Shown: in pieces, positions 49,048-59,426 of the stretch | Position numbering within the stretch: the first letter of the stretch is position 1 | Layout of the letters: each line of letters begins with the position of its first letter | Source: Deltaproteobacteria bacterium | Lineage (GTDB): Bacteria > Myxococcota_A > UBA9160 > SMWR01 | Direction of reading: 5' to 3' | Assembly: GCA_032128375.1 (NCBI GenBank) | Contig: JAQBGU010000179.1 | Span: forward strand, 1-64,000 | Length of the DNA: 64,000 nucleotides | Notes under the pieces: model-generated | What the model saw: the letters and a program-made list of their open reading frames with translations, nothing else | Told to the model about the DNA's origin: nothing | Databases searched by the model: none | Program-made: the position numbers and the translations under genes

Positions 49048-50235
49048 TCAGCTGAGCTTCGACAGCTGAGCCAGTAGCCCATCGAGGCGTCGGCCGCGAA
49101 GTCCGGGATGGGTCGGCAGAGTCAGCAGCCGGGAGCAGAACGCGCGAGCGCCCGGGCAATCGGCTTTCTCCGCGAGGTCGGGCAACAGAGCGGGAACGCG
49201 ATCGAGGGTGTCGGGGTACATCCCAGTCAGGCCGAGCCAACCCGAGCTCGACAGTGCTGCGTCGCGAGCCGCGGAATCGGGGGCGAGCACAGCCAGGCGA
49301 GGATAGATCCCCATCCCATCGGCCGGATCGAGCACGGGTCGAAACCTGGTCTCTGCCACGAGTCGCGCTGCGATGGCGCGAGCTGTTCGTGCTCTCGCGT
49401 GGTTCATCGCGTCGAGCCGGGCGAGCTGGGCCGCCGCCAGGGCTACCGACGCGCCCTCGATGGGCCCCCGTCGAAAGTCGGGATCGTACACAGTGGTTCC
49501 GATTCCCAGCGCTGGAATACCCGCCAGAACTCGCAGCACGGCGGGCACCCGAGCCAGGTCGTAGGCGGCAGCTCTAAGCAGCGCGCTGACGCGTTGCGCT
49601 GGAGCTGTGGGGTCCTGTGCGACTGGGAGTGCGAGATTTTCGGGGATGGGGTCCGGCCGCCGCTTCCACACCAGCGCGCCTCCGCCCAGCGCCGAAAGTG
49701 GCTTGCCGCGCCCGAAGCTCAACACACCGACGTCACCGCGTGAGCCTACGGGCCCTTCCGGAGATTGTCCCCCGAGCGTCTGAGCCGCGTCGTCGATGAC
49801 CGCAACGCCTGCCGCGTGCGCGAGCTCGAGCGCAGTGGTGATGGGCTCCGGTAGGCCAAAGAGGTTTCCAATCACCATTCCGGCGGCTTTCTCGAGTGGC
49901 AACCTGCGAAGCGACTCGAGATCGATCTGCCCGGTCAGGTTCACATCGACGAGTCGTACGCTGAGACCGGCAGCCACGGCTGCGGCTGGTATCGAGTAGC
50001 AGCAGTAGGCCGGGATGATGACCTCACCCCTACCGCTGCACGCCGCCAGCTGCCCGAACGCGACGCGAAGCGCTTCGCGTCCCGAGCTGTGGAGCGAGAG
50101 CCATTGGGAAGGCAGGCGGTCCATGAGTCCACGCCGCAGTGCGCGTTCCGGATCGGAGCTGCCTAGGACATCCCAAATCGAAGCCGCCGCGATCGCTGAG
50201 CCGCCCGGCGGGAGGCGTACGAGGTCGCTCTGCAT
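49048..50235 (-). CDS. DegT/DnrJ/EryC1/StrS family PLP-dependent protein
   Basis: SSGREAL, VIIPAYCC, IDDAAQ, SFGRGKP and LLTLPTHP. Confidence 0.85.
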   Translation of the reverse strand: MQSDLVRLPPGGSAIAAASIWDVLGSSDPERALRRGLMDRLPSQWLSLHSSGREALRVAFGQLAACSGRGEVIIPAYCCYSIPAAAVAAGLSVRLVDVNLTGQIDLESLRRLPLEKAAGMVIGNLFGLPEPITTALELAHAAGVAVIDDAAQTLGGQSPEGPVGSRGDVGVLSFGRGKPLSALGGGALVWKRRPDPIPENLALPVAQDPTAPAQRVSALLRAAAYDLARVPAVLRVLAGIPALGIGTTVYDPDFRRGPIEGASVALAAAQLARLDAMNHARARTARAIAARLVAETRFRPVLDPADGMGIYPRLAVLAPDSAARDAALSSSGWLGLTGMYPDTLDRVPALLPDLAEKADCPGARAFCSRLLTLPTHPGLRGRRLDGLLAQLSKLS

Positions 50236-51356
50236 CAGCGTTGGGTGGGCTCCCAGACGACTGCTCGCGGTCCCAACAGATGATATCCCCAGGCGACGAG
50301 CATCGAGGCGTTCACCAACAGGAAGAAGCCTCCGAGACGCGCCGGAGTCCATGTCGCGAACTTTGGAACTACGAGGGCCAGTCCCCCTAAGAGGTACCCC
50401 GCGAGCTGGACGACCAACAGAGCGGCAGCGGCCGGGCTAGTGGGCGCCGCCGCTGCGCTCGCAATCAGCATCAGGACCAACGCAAAAGGTGACGTGAAGC
50501 GGGCCACCTTGTGGCCCCATAGCGAGAAGGCGGCCCGACCGAAGCGCGGGTGCAGCAGATCGCGGTAGTTCGACAGGACTGCGATTCCACGGCGTATTGT
50601 GCGCACCTTGCGTGGCCACTCACGGGCCGGGTCGTCGGATGCGCTAAAGCGCGCGGTAGCCGTCGGCTCACAGACCGCTCGATAGCCGCGTCGAGCCGTC
50701 TCGAGAGCGGACCGGAAGTCGCTGGCGAGGTCGTGGGGCCACGGTGTGGCCAGCTCGCTCCGAATCGCAAAGAACGATCCGGAGAGACCGACCAACGTGC
50801 TGGCTTGGCTCTCGAGGCGACGCAGCGCCATCTCGAAGCGTACATACGCACCCTCCCCCCCCTCTGAGTCGACGCGATCCTCGCTCGATGCGCTGCCGAC
50901 GCCGGGATCCACAAACGGGCGCACGATGGCCGCCAGTGCCTGCGGATCCAGCTCGGCCGTGACATCTGTGAAGACGAGAATGTCGCCGGTTGCGGCGGCG
51001 ATTGCAGCGGCCTGGGCAGACTCCTTGCCTCGCCGCGTGTCCAGCTCGACGAGGCGTACACCGCGGTCAGCGAATGCCCGGGCGATCTCGTGGGTCCCGT
51101 CGCTGGATCCATCCGATGCCACGAGGATCTCCACTGAGCCCAAATACGCTAGCGCCAGCGTGGCATCGAGCTTCTTGCGCAAGGTGGCCTCGCCATTGTA
51201 CACCGCGATGATGACCGAGACCGGTGGCGAGAAGTCACCCACCCGCGTCTGGCGCGGCGAGATGCGCGCAAGGAGTATGAGGATGACCGGATATCCCACG
51301 TACGTGAATGCAACCCAGCTGGCCGATAGGATGATCAACGCCCAGCACAAGATCAT
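50235..51356 (-). CDS. Glycosyltransferase family 2, membrane-associated
   Basis: VSVIIAVYN, SDGSSDGT, GK..A, FTD, ASDF and terminal TM helices. Confidence 0.9.
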   Translation of the reverse strand: MILCWALIILSASWVAFTYVGYPVILILLARISPRQTRVGDFSPPVSVIIAVYNGEATLRKKLDATLALAYLGSVEILVASDGSSDGTHEIARAFADRGVRLVELDTRRGKESAQAAAIAAATGDILVFTDVTAELDPQALAAIVRPFVDPGVGSASSEDRVDSEGGEGAYVRFEMALRRLESQASTLVGLSGSFFAIRSELATPWPHDLASDFRSALETARRGYRAVCEPTATARFSASDDPAREWPRKVRTIRRGIAVLSNYRDLLHPRFGRAAFSLWGHKVARFTSPFALVLMLIASAAAAPTSPAAAALLVVQLAGYLLGGLALVVPKFATWTPARLGGFFLLVNASMLVAWGYHLLGPRAVVWEPTQR

Positions 51357-51495
51357 TCGCCCTGGCTCCAAAACTTGCGTCCACGACCCAGCGGTCGCGG
51401 CGTGCTGGCCTGATTGGATTGATGCGTTTCGAATCGGGCCGCCTCGGCCCGGCCATGAGCCCGAATCGGCGTCCGCGATGCAACTCCCATGCAGA

Positions 51496-52287
51496 TCACC
51501 CCGCCGTCCCGGGCGAAGCCATGGCGACGTCACTCGGAGCGTGAGCCCGATATCGGCCGATCTCTGCGCTCGCGGCGCCTCCCCCGCTACCCGACGGCAC
51601 CGCCGCACAACCTTCTGGGCCGAGCTGGGTGCAGAGAACTTCTGTGGGCCAGTGCTTGCCCAGCACTGGATCCACCAGGCTCCCAAACGACAGAAGTCGG
51701 CCGCGGGCTGCCACGGTGTCGTCGCCTATCACGGGCGTGCTGATGCGAATCAGGGCCCCGTCGGCGCGCTTGTCGAATAGACGCCCCAGGAATCGATCTA
51801 CGTTCTGATCGAGGCCACCGAGAATGCCGGTGCGTCGATGCGAGCGGTACCAGAAATGCACCAGGCGCCGTCTGCCAGAGACCGCGACCAGGTATTCATT
51901 CGCGCGCAGGTTCGGCGTGACATTCACGGTTCGGCTCGATTCGATGCCCCAGCCAGCACCGGTGTAGCAACCCCGAGGTGTGTGCTCGGGGCGCCCGCCG
52001 CGCTCGGTGCCATAGTAGCCCACGTAGAGCCAGACGATCTGTCCAAAGCGATCGGAGTAGGTGCGCTGTAGGTTGAAATCCGCGCGCAGCTCCTGTTCTA
52101 CGGCCTCGAGGATCGGGACGTCCTGGGAGACCCACGAGTCGATGTGGACCGGAACGTTCTCGAGCGGAGAGACGTCGAGGAATAGCTCCGGCCCGAATCG
52201 CAGCCACCAGCCGAGGCCCCCGACCGCCACCATGAGGGCGATGAGCGCAAGGGATGCGAGGTTCTCGAGGCTACTGTTTCGATCCAA
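51496..52287 (-). CDS. epsI: EpsI family exosortase-associated protein
   Basis: N-terminal TM, LYVGYY, HTPRGCYTGAGW, FWY and DGALIRISTP. Confidence 0.85.
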   Translation of the reverse strand: MDRNSSLENLASLALIALMVAVGGLGWWLRFGPELFLDVSPLENVPVHIDSWVSQDVPILEAVEQELRADFNLQRTYSDRFGQIVWLYVGYYGTERGGRPEHTPRGCYTGAGWGIESSRTVNVTPNLRANEYLVAVSGRRRLVHFWYRSHRRTGILGGLDQNVDRFLGRLFDKRADGALIRISTPVIGDDTVAARGRLLSFGSLVDPVLGKHWPTEVLCTQLGPEGCAAVPSGSGGGAASAEIGRYRAHAPSDVAMASPGTAG

Positions 52288-52659
52288 CTGGCATCCGCCT
52301 CGCTGGTTGTGGCGATCTTCCAGCTATTTTCGCTTTCGCCGCCGCGCGGCGAGAGCTTCCACCTCTTGCCCGACTCATGCGTCCGGCCTCTACACACGCT
52401 TGCTGAAATGGGCAAGAGCTAGACTACAGCATGTGAGTGCCCCGCCTCAGTAGGATGTGATTTCGCGAGCTTCGATCTCAGAAGCACGACTGTCCCCCTG
52501 GGGCGATCGGCATCTCGGTGAACTGTGAACTTCAGAATCTCTCTCCCTGTACTCCAAGATTCTCGTGCGGTAACAACAGCGACAAATTCGGGGTCGTGGC
52601 ACCCTGGCGGGTAGCCGACAGGGTTGTGGTTCGCACTGGGCAGACCTGTCCATTTGAGT

Positions 52660-53928
52660 ATGCCGATTGAGCAATTGGAGCCACGAGTGAAGCCCCCTCA
52701 TTGCCGCTTCTGCGACCACGAACTCGTTCACTCGTTCGTCGATCTCGGCACCTCGCCGCTCTGCCAGGACCACGTCACGCCTGAAGACTTCAATCGCGCG
52801 GAGGCGATCTATCCACTCCACGCGCGAGTCTGTAGCCATTGCTTCCTGGTTCAAGTTGACGATCTGGTCGAGCCTGAGCAGATCTTCGGAGATGGCCAGT
52901 ATGCCTACTTCTCCTCCTTCTCTGACTCGTGGCTCGCCCACGCCAGAGACTACACGCAGATGATGATCTCGCGATTCGGCCTCGACGCTTCGAAGCAGGT
53001 CGTCGAGATCGCGAGCAACGATGGTTACCTCTTGCAGTATTTCCTGAAGAGCGGAGTTCCCGTGCTCGGCATCGAACCGGCCTCGAACTGTGCGGCTGCT
53101 GCGCAAGAGAAGGGCATCGACACCATTGTGTCCTTCTTCGGCCGCGAAACTGCTATGCGGGTAGTGGCCGAACGCGGACACGCCAATCTCCTGCTCGGCA
53201 ACAACGTGCTCGCCCATGTTCCCGACATCAACGACTTCGTCGCCGGAATGAAGATCTTGTCGAGTGCAGGCGGTGTCATCACGATGGAGTTTCCCCACCT
53301 GATGCGGCTCGTCGAAGAAAACCAGTTCGACACGATCTATCACGAGCACTTTTCGTATCTCAGCTTCACCACCGTGGAGCGCATCTTTGCCCACCAGGGA
53401 CTGGTGCTCTTCGATGTGGACGAGCTCTCTACTCACGGGGGCTCGATTCGCATCTACGCGCGACACGCAGACGACTCGGATCGACTCGTGAAACCCAGCG
53501 TCGAAGAGCTGCGGTCGCGGGAGGCGGCCGCTGGCATGCTGGAGCTTCCGTACTATACGGAGTTTGGCGCGAAGGTCCGGGAGACGAAGTGGAAGCTGCT
53601 CGAGTTCCTGATCGAGCAACGGTCCAGTGGTAAGACCGTGGCGGGCTATGGAGCGCCCGGAAAGGGCAACACGCTGCTCAACTACTGCGGCATTCGTACG
53701 GACTTCCTCGAATACACCGTCGACCGAAGTCCTCACAAGCAGGGCAATTTCCTACCGGGCTCGAGGATTCCCATCTTCGCACCGGAGAAGATCTTCGAGA
53801 CGCGTCCCGACTATCTATTGATCCTACCGTGGAACCTGCGCGACGAGATCATGGAACAGATGTCCGAGATCAGAACGTGGGGAGGAAAGTTCGTGACTCC
53901 GATCCCCGAAGTCCGAGTCTTCGATTGA
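52660..53928 (+). CDS. NDP-sugar C-methyltransferase (Zn-binding, class I SAM)
   Basis: CRFC, C..CFLVQ, EIASNDG, DTIYHEH, YGAPGKGNT and LILPWN. Confidence 0.93.
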   Translation: MPIEQLEPRVKPPHCRFCDHELVHSFVDLGTSPLCQDHVTPEDFNRAEAIYPLHARVCSHCFLVQVDDLVEPEQIFGDGQYAYFSSFSDSWLAHARDYTQMMISRFGLDASKQVVEIASNDGYLLQYFLKSGVPVLGIEPASNCAAAAQEKGIDTIVSFFGRETAMRVVAERGHANLLLGNNVLAHVPDINDFVAGMKILSSAGGVITMEFPHLMRLVEENQFDTIYHEHFSYLSFTTVERIFAHQGLVLFDVDELSTHGGSIRIYARHADDSDRLVKPSVEELRSREAAAGMLELPYYTEFGAKVRETKWKLLEFLIEQRSSGKTVAGYGAPGKGNTLLNYCGIRTDFLEYTVDRSPHKQGNFLPGSRIPIFAPEKIFETRPDYLLILPWNLRDEIMEQMSEIRTWGGKFVTPIPEVRVFD

Positions 53929-53941
53929 TGGAGGGCGCCAG

Positions 53942-54730
53942 ATGAAGGTCGTACTCTTCTGCGGTGGAATGGGCATGCGTCTGCGTGACCATTCGCCCAA
54001 TACGCCGAAGCCATTGGCACTGATCGGCTATCGGCCCATCGTGTGGCATCTGATGGCGTACTACGCCCACTATGGGCACAAGGACTTCGTACTGTGCCTT
54101 GGCTACCGCGCGGACGCGATCAAGGAGTACTTCCTGAAATATGACGAGACTTTGTCGAACGACTTCGTGCTGTCGAAAGGCGGCCAGAAAGTCGACCTCC
54201 TCAACAGCGACATTGGAGACTGGACGATCCGCTTCGTGGATACCGGGCTGCATGCGAACATCGGTATGCGACTGAAGGCGATTCAAAAGCACCTCGATGG
54301 CGACGAGGTATTCCTGGCAAACTACAGCGACGGCCTGACGGATCTTCCGCTCGACGCGTACATCCAGAATTTCCTGGAGCGCGACAAGGTTGCGAGCTTC
54401 GTAAGCGTGCCAAACCCTGCAGTCACCCACATGGTCCAGGCGGATCCGGATGGAACCGTCACAGCCATCAAACCCATGTCAAAATCCGGGGTCCGCATCA
54501 ACGGCGGCTTCTTCGCCTTTCGCGACAAGATCTTCGATTACATCGAGGACGGCGAGGAGCTTGTCTTCGAACCTTTTGCACGCTTGATGGAGCAAAGAGA
54601 ACTCATCGCATATGAGTACGACGGATTCTGGCAGTGCATGGACACCTTCGAGGACCGGCAGGCACTCGAGGAACTGGCGGAGCGAGATGAAATGCCTTGG
54701 CAGGTCTGGAACAAGCCAGGTGTGGAGTAG
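53942..54730 (+). CDS. rfbF: Glucose-1-phosphate cytidylyltransferase-like protein
   Basis: LFCGGMGMRL..PKPL, NYSDG, INGGFF and GFWQCMDT. Confidence 0.85.
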   Translation: MKVVLFCGGMGMRLRDHSPNTPKPLALIGYRPIVWHLMAYYAHYGHKDFVLCLGYRADAIKEYFLKYDETLSNDFVLSKGGQKVDLLNSDIGDWTIRFVDTGLHANIGMRLKAIQKHLDGDEVFLANYSDGLTDLPLDAYIQNFLERDKVASFVSVPNPAVTHMVQADPDGTVTAIKPMSKSGVRINGGFFAFRDKIFDYIEDGEELVFEPFARLMEQRELIAYEYDGFWQCMDTFEDRQALEELAERDEMPWQVWNKPGVE

Positions 54731-54733
54731 AGC

Positions 54734-55394
54734 GTGAACCCCCTGAGGTTTGCTGCTGGGACCGACGGCCCCCCCACCATTCTCTTCCTAGGGGGCCCAC
54801 TGCGACGACATCGAGATCGGCTGTGGCGGGACCATCCTTCGGCTGCGCGAATCCATGCCGGACGCGCAGATCCGATGGCTGATCCTCAGCTCGAACGAAG
54901 AGCGCCGTCGCGAGGCTATGGAGAGCGCAGACCGCTTTCTGGGAAAGGGCTTCCGCGATTTCGTCCGGGTCGAGTCGTTTCGCGATGGCTACCTCCCGTA
55001 CTCGGGAAGCGAGGTGAAAGACGTTTTCGAAAAGGTCAAGTGTGATGTCTCACCCGATCTGATCTTCACCCACTATCGACACGACTTGCACCAGGACCAC
55101 CGGCTCGTCAACGAGCTGACCTGGAACACGTGGCGCAATCACACGATCCTCGAATACGAGATTCCAAAGTACGATGGGGATCTGGGGCAACCCAATGCCT
55201 TCGTGCCGCTCTCCTCCGCGCACGTGGAGCGAAAGATTCAAACCGTTTTGGAGGTCTTCGGCTCCCAGACCTCGAAGAATTGGTTCGACGCCGATACGCT
55301 GAGAGCGATTCTGCGACTGCGAGGCGTCGAGTCCAACGCTCTCGAACGCCACGCCGAGGCCTTTTACGCCCCAAAGCTGGTCCTCGATTTCTGA
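54734..55394 (+). pseudogene. PIG-L family deacetylase, frameshifted at the G5 run 54791-54795
   Basis: Removing one G gives ILFLGAHCDDIEIGCGG in frame with HQDH and YEIPKYDGD. Confidence 0.85.
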
Positions 55395-55511
55395 TACCAG
55401 GGGGCAGGGGTCCTCGCGCGCCGGGCTGACTGGATCGCCACCGAGCACTCGCCAGCGGACGTGTTGCCATCCCTAGCAACCAGTTGACCGAGCGATCGCG
55501 AGGTTTCACGA

Positions 55512-56882
55512 ATGGATGGGTGGTGGTCACACATGAGGCCACGCTCGGGCGATCCGACCGCGGCCGTCTGGCTCCGCATCGCGCCACTGGCTCTGCTGTT
55601 GATCGTTGGCGCAACCCTGATCCCCGTCGATATCAGAACCGCCGCGATCCAGAATATCTCGTGGTCCGTCAACCCCCGCGACTTGCTACTCAACGTTCTT
55701 CTCTTCATCCCGCTAGGCGCTGCGCTGGCCGGACGCCACTGGGCCGTGGTGATCGCCATGTCGGGTCTACTGTCTCTCAGCGTCGAAGTCCTGCAGCTCG
55801 CCCAGGCCAGTCGGCACGCCGGTCCCGCCGACATTGTTGCAAACGCTGCGGGCGGACTCCTCGGTTCGGTTTGCATGGGCTCGAGATCCCGGTTGGTCCG
55901 CGTCGAGTCCGGGTATGTTGGCATCAACCGATGTCTGTTGCTCAGCGTTGCCGTGGTCTTGGGTGTGGGACTATCGCTTGTCGTCGCTGTGCCCGGAACC
56001 CCGAATGACTTCTCGAATTGGAACGCGACGTACAGACTTGTGATCTCCGACGAAGTGACACGCGATCGTTCATGGAACGGAACGCTCGTCGCCTGGTCCA
56101 TCTATGACCTCCCGATCCAAGGCGACGTCATCCGAGAACTCGCGGCGCGGCGTCCGTCACAAGGCGGGCGATTTGGCCTGTCCTTTGATCCAGTGGCGTA
56201 CTGGGAGAATCCCGATCCTCAGCAGCCCAGCGGCTTTCTGGAGCTGAGTCACGAGATGTCGACGAGGGTGCATGAGCGACTGGCGAGTACCGGGACGATG
56301 TCTCTGCTTGCGTGGCTCCGGGTGGCCGATCTCGAGCAGACCGATCTCGAGCGGATCGTCAGCTTTTCGCGTGACCCCTTTCACCGAAACTTCACTCTCG
56401 GCCAGGAGGCTTCCGCGCTGACCTTCCGGCTGCGTACACCGGCAACGGGATTGAACGGGTTCCTGCCCGAAACACGTACTGCACAGATCCTCGAGTCCGG
56501 TCGAAGCTACTTTGTCGCTGTAACGTACGATGGCTTCGTCTCGCGCATATTCGTCGATGGCAATCTCCAGGGTCGAGAGAATCTGGCTGCCAATGCCGCA
56601 GTGTTTCCCGCCCTCCACGATGTCACCCTACCGCTGGTGCTCGCAATCGGCGGCGGATGCTTTGCGGCGGTGTTCGCCGTGTTGTACGGGCCGACCTCAC
56701 AAAGCGTACGCTGGCTTCTGGGATGCGCTGGGGGGCTAGTAGTGGTCGCTGCGTCTTGGGTGGCTGGGGCGACGCCTGCGTGGTCGGTTCACCCGGTGGG
56801 GTCTCTCTGGTGGGCTGCACCGTCAGTGCTGGGTGGGCTGGTCGTAGCACTGAGCCTCTCTGTGGGACCCCGACCGCAATGA
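55512..56882 (+). CDS. Membrane protein with VanZ-like and LamG-like domains
   Basis: LNVLLFIPLG..SVEVLQL..DIVANAAG (VanZ), then RNFTLGQ..FRLRTP..VAVTYDG (LamG), then C-terminal TMs. Confidence 0.78.
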   Translation: MDGWWSHMRPRSGDPTAAVWLRIAPLALLLIVGATLIPVDIRTAAIQNISWSVNPRDLLLNVLLFIPLGAALAGRHWAVVIAMSGLLSLSVEVLQLAQASRHAGPADIVANAAGGLLGSVCMGSRSRLVRVESGYVGINRCLLLSVAVVLGVGLSLVVAVPGTPNDFSNWNATYRLVISDEVTRDRSWNGTLVAWSIYDLPIQGDVIRELAARRPSQGGRFGLSFDPVAYWENPDPQQPSGFLELSHEMSTRVHERLASTGTMSLLAWLRVADLEQTDLERIVSFSRDPFHRNFTLGQEASALTFRLRTPATGLNGFLPETRTAQILESGRSYFVAVTYDGFVSRIFVDGNLQGRENLAANAAVFPALHDVTLPLVLAIGGGCFAAVFAVLYGPTSQSVRWLLGCAGGLVVVAASWVAGATPAWSVHPVGSLWWAAPSVLGGLVVALSLSVGPRPQ

Positions 56883-57156
56883 GATCGCGAGGTGTCGCGG
56901 TGGACTCGTCCTGAACGCCGGGCTGTAGTCCCTTCTAGAGCTTCGTCGCCGTTCGGCGACCGCCGGAAAATATCAGGATTGCGAGCTGTTTCGCCGACCA
57001 GTCCAGTGCGAGCGGGTCGATCCGACGGGGATAGCCGCGTCGGGCTCAGTGGATGATGGGTATCATCCGGTTCTGAACGATCAAGATGCGATCGAAGTGT
57101 TGCTATGCCCCAATGTCCCCGCAGAGTCTTGATCTAGGGGAGAATCGGAACAGGAA

Positions 57157-58068
57157 ATGCCGCGCGGTAAGCCGAAAATCAGTGTTGGCATGCCAGTCTA
57201 CAACGGTGAGCCTTACATAGGCCTTGCGATCAATTCGATTCTCGATCAGACCTTCGAGGACTTCGAGCTGATCATATCGGACAACGCGTCGACGGATGCG
57301 ACTGAAGAGATCTGCCGGGACTTTGCTGCCACAGACAAGCGTGTCGTCTACAACCGCAACGAGGAGAACATCGGCGCGGCGGGCAACTACAATCGTCTCG
57401 TCGACATGGCCCAAGCGGATTACTTCCGGTGGTCGAACGCCGACGACGTCGTTGCGCCCCAGCTTCACGAGCGGTGCGTCTCGGTCCTAGACGCAACCCC
57501 CGACGCCGTGCTGAGTTACGGCAAGACCAGGATCATCGATGCGGATGGGAACGAGTGCGAGGACTACGACGACAACCTCGATCTTCGGGACGAAAGGCCA
57601 AGTGACCGGTTCGTCAAATTTCATGACTCGGTCGGTCTGACGAACGTCATCTATGGGCTCATGCGGACTGCTGCGGTCCGAAGTTCGGCGAAAATGGGAG
57701 ATGGATCCTATCCCGCGGCAGACACCAACTTCATGGGCGAACTAGCGCTGTATGGAAAGTTCGTTGAGATCCCGGAGTGTCTGTTCTATCGCCGGATTCA
57801 CGCCGAGGCGAGCACCGCGGACAGGGTCGACGAGGCCCGGCAGACGTATTTCTGGACCGCGGGCGGCCAGGGATTCAGCCTGCCGGCGTGGCGCAAGACT
57901 GGGGCGTACCTGAATGCGATTCGAAGAGCCCCGATCGGCTTCAATGAAAAGCAGCGTTTGGGAGTCTACATGTTGCGTCGGATGTATTGGGGAAGGCGTG
58001 AACTCCTTGGCGAACTCCTCGCAGACATGGGCAAGAGGAGCGGCCTGATCAAGCCACGGTCTGGATGA
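57157..58068 (+). CDS. Glycosyltransferase family 2
   Basis: SVGMPVYNGE, ISDNASTD and WSNADD. Confidence 0.92.
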   Translation: MPRGKPKISVGMPVYNGEPYIGLAINSILDQTFEDFELIISDNASTDATEEICRDFAATDKRVVYNRNEENIGAAGNYNRLVDMAQADYFRWSNADDVVAPQLHERCVSVLDATPDAVLSYGKTRIIDADGNECEDYDDNLDLRDERPSDRFVKFHDSVGLTNVIYGLMRTAAVRSSAKMGDGSYPAADTNFMGELALYGKFVEIPECLFYRRIHAEASTADRVDEARQTYFWTAGGQGFSLPAWRKTGAYLNAIRRAPIGFNEKQRLGVYMLRRMYWGRRELLGELLADMGKRSGLIKPRSG

Positions 58069-58096
58069 GCGCAATCGACGAGACCACGGAGGCGGC

Positions 58097-59404
58097 ATGA
58101 TCATTGTTGATACGGCACTCGACAAGAGAGTCCGGGAAGGAAATCCCATTCGCATTGCGATCGTGGGTGCGGGATTCAGTGCTCGAACGATTACCTACCA
58201 GATCGTGACGGGCATCCCGGGCATCCGAGTGGTCGCGATCTCGAATCGGACACTCGAACATGCCGAGAGCGCTTACCGAGCAGCCGGTGCCGCCGACATC
58301 GCAGTAGTCGAAACCGTTGGCGAGCTCGAACGGGCGTTACAGCAGCGCAAGCCGGCGATCACGGATGATCCCACCCTTGTGTGTCGGGCGGATGGTATCG
58401 ATGCGATCATCGAGGCTACCGGTACCGTCGAGTTCGGTGCGCGTGTCGTCCTCGATGCGATCCACAATGGCAAGAATGTCGTCTTGGCGAATGCGGAGCT
58501 GGACGCGACGGTGGGTCCGATCCTCAAGGCAAAGGCAGACAGAGCCGGCGTCGTGATCACGAATACTGACGGCGACGAGCCAGGTGTTGCCATGAACATG
58601 ATTCGCTTCGTGCGCTCCATCGGTCTTCGGCCCGTGGTGGCCGGCAATCTGAAGGGTCTATACGATCCGTACCGGACGCCGGAAACGCAGAAGGAGTTCG
58701 CCGAGCAGCAGAATCAAAAAGTGAAGGGAGTGACTTCGTTCGCCGACGGAACGAAGCTCTCGATGGAACTCGCCGTCCTGGCCAACGCGACCGGTTTCGG
58801 AGTAGGCAGGCGCGGAATGTACGGTCCATCACTGCGCCGCGTTCAGGACAGTGCCGACTACTATCGCGACAAGCTTCGCGAGGGTGGCATGGTCGACTTC
58901 CTCGTTGGAGCCGAGCCGGGTAGCGGGGCGTTCGTCATCGGCTACAGCGAAGATGCGGTCCGGAAGGACTACCTGAAGTATCTGAAGATGGGCGACGGAC
59001 CACTCTATGTCTTCCATACGCCGTTCCATTTGCCACAGCTCGAGATTCCAAATACCGTCGCGCGTGCGGTCTTGTTCCGCGACGCGACGGTTGCACCCGC
59101 AGGAGCGCCGGTATGCGATGCCGTCACGGTCGCGAAGCGCGATTTGATGGCTGGTGAGGTTCTCGACGGCCTCGGTGGTTTCACCTGCTACGCGCTGGTG
59201 GAGAACTACGCGACGAGTCGCGGGATCGGTGCGCTCCCGATGGGACTGTCTGACGGCTGTCGGCTGACGCGAAACGTTTCCAAGGATCAGGTGGTGACGT
59301 ACGACAGCGTCGATCTACCCGCTGAGCGGTTGTGTGACGTCTTGCGCGTTGAGCAAGATGCTCTTGTCGATGTGGACCGACGTTCCAATCCAGCCCCGCG
59401 ATGA
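58097..59404 (+). CDS. NAD(P)-dependent oxidoreductase with C-terminal SAF domain (homoserine dehydrogenase-like)
   Basis: IVGAG, NAELDATVGP, DGDEPG, SFADGTK and AKRDL.AGEVLDG.GG (SAF). Confidence 0.85.
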   Translation: MIIVDTALDKRVREGNPIRIAIVGAGFSARTITYQIVTGIPGIRVVAISNRTLEHAESAYRAAGAADIAVVETVGELERALQQRKPAITDDPTLVCRADGIDAIIEATGTVEFGARVVLDAIHNGKNVVLANAELDATVGPILKAKADRAGVVITNTDGDEPGVAMNMIRFVRSIGLRPVVAGNLKGLYDPYRTPETQKEFAEQQNQKVKGVTSFADGTKLSMELAVLANATGFGVGRRGMYGPSLRRVQDSADYYRDKLREGGMVDFLVGAEPGSGAFVIGYSEDAVRKDYLKYLKMGDGPLYVFHTPFHLPQLEIPNTVARAVLFRDATVAPAGAPVCDAVTVAKRDLMAGEVLDGLGGFTCYALVENYATSRGIGALPMGLSDGCRLTRNVSKDQVVTYDSVDLPAERLCDVLRVEQDALVDVDRRSNPAPR

Positions 59405-59426
59405 GAATCCCCCAGGGAGCACCTCG

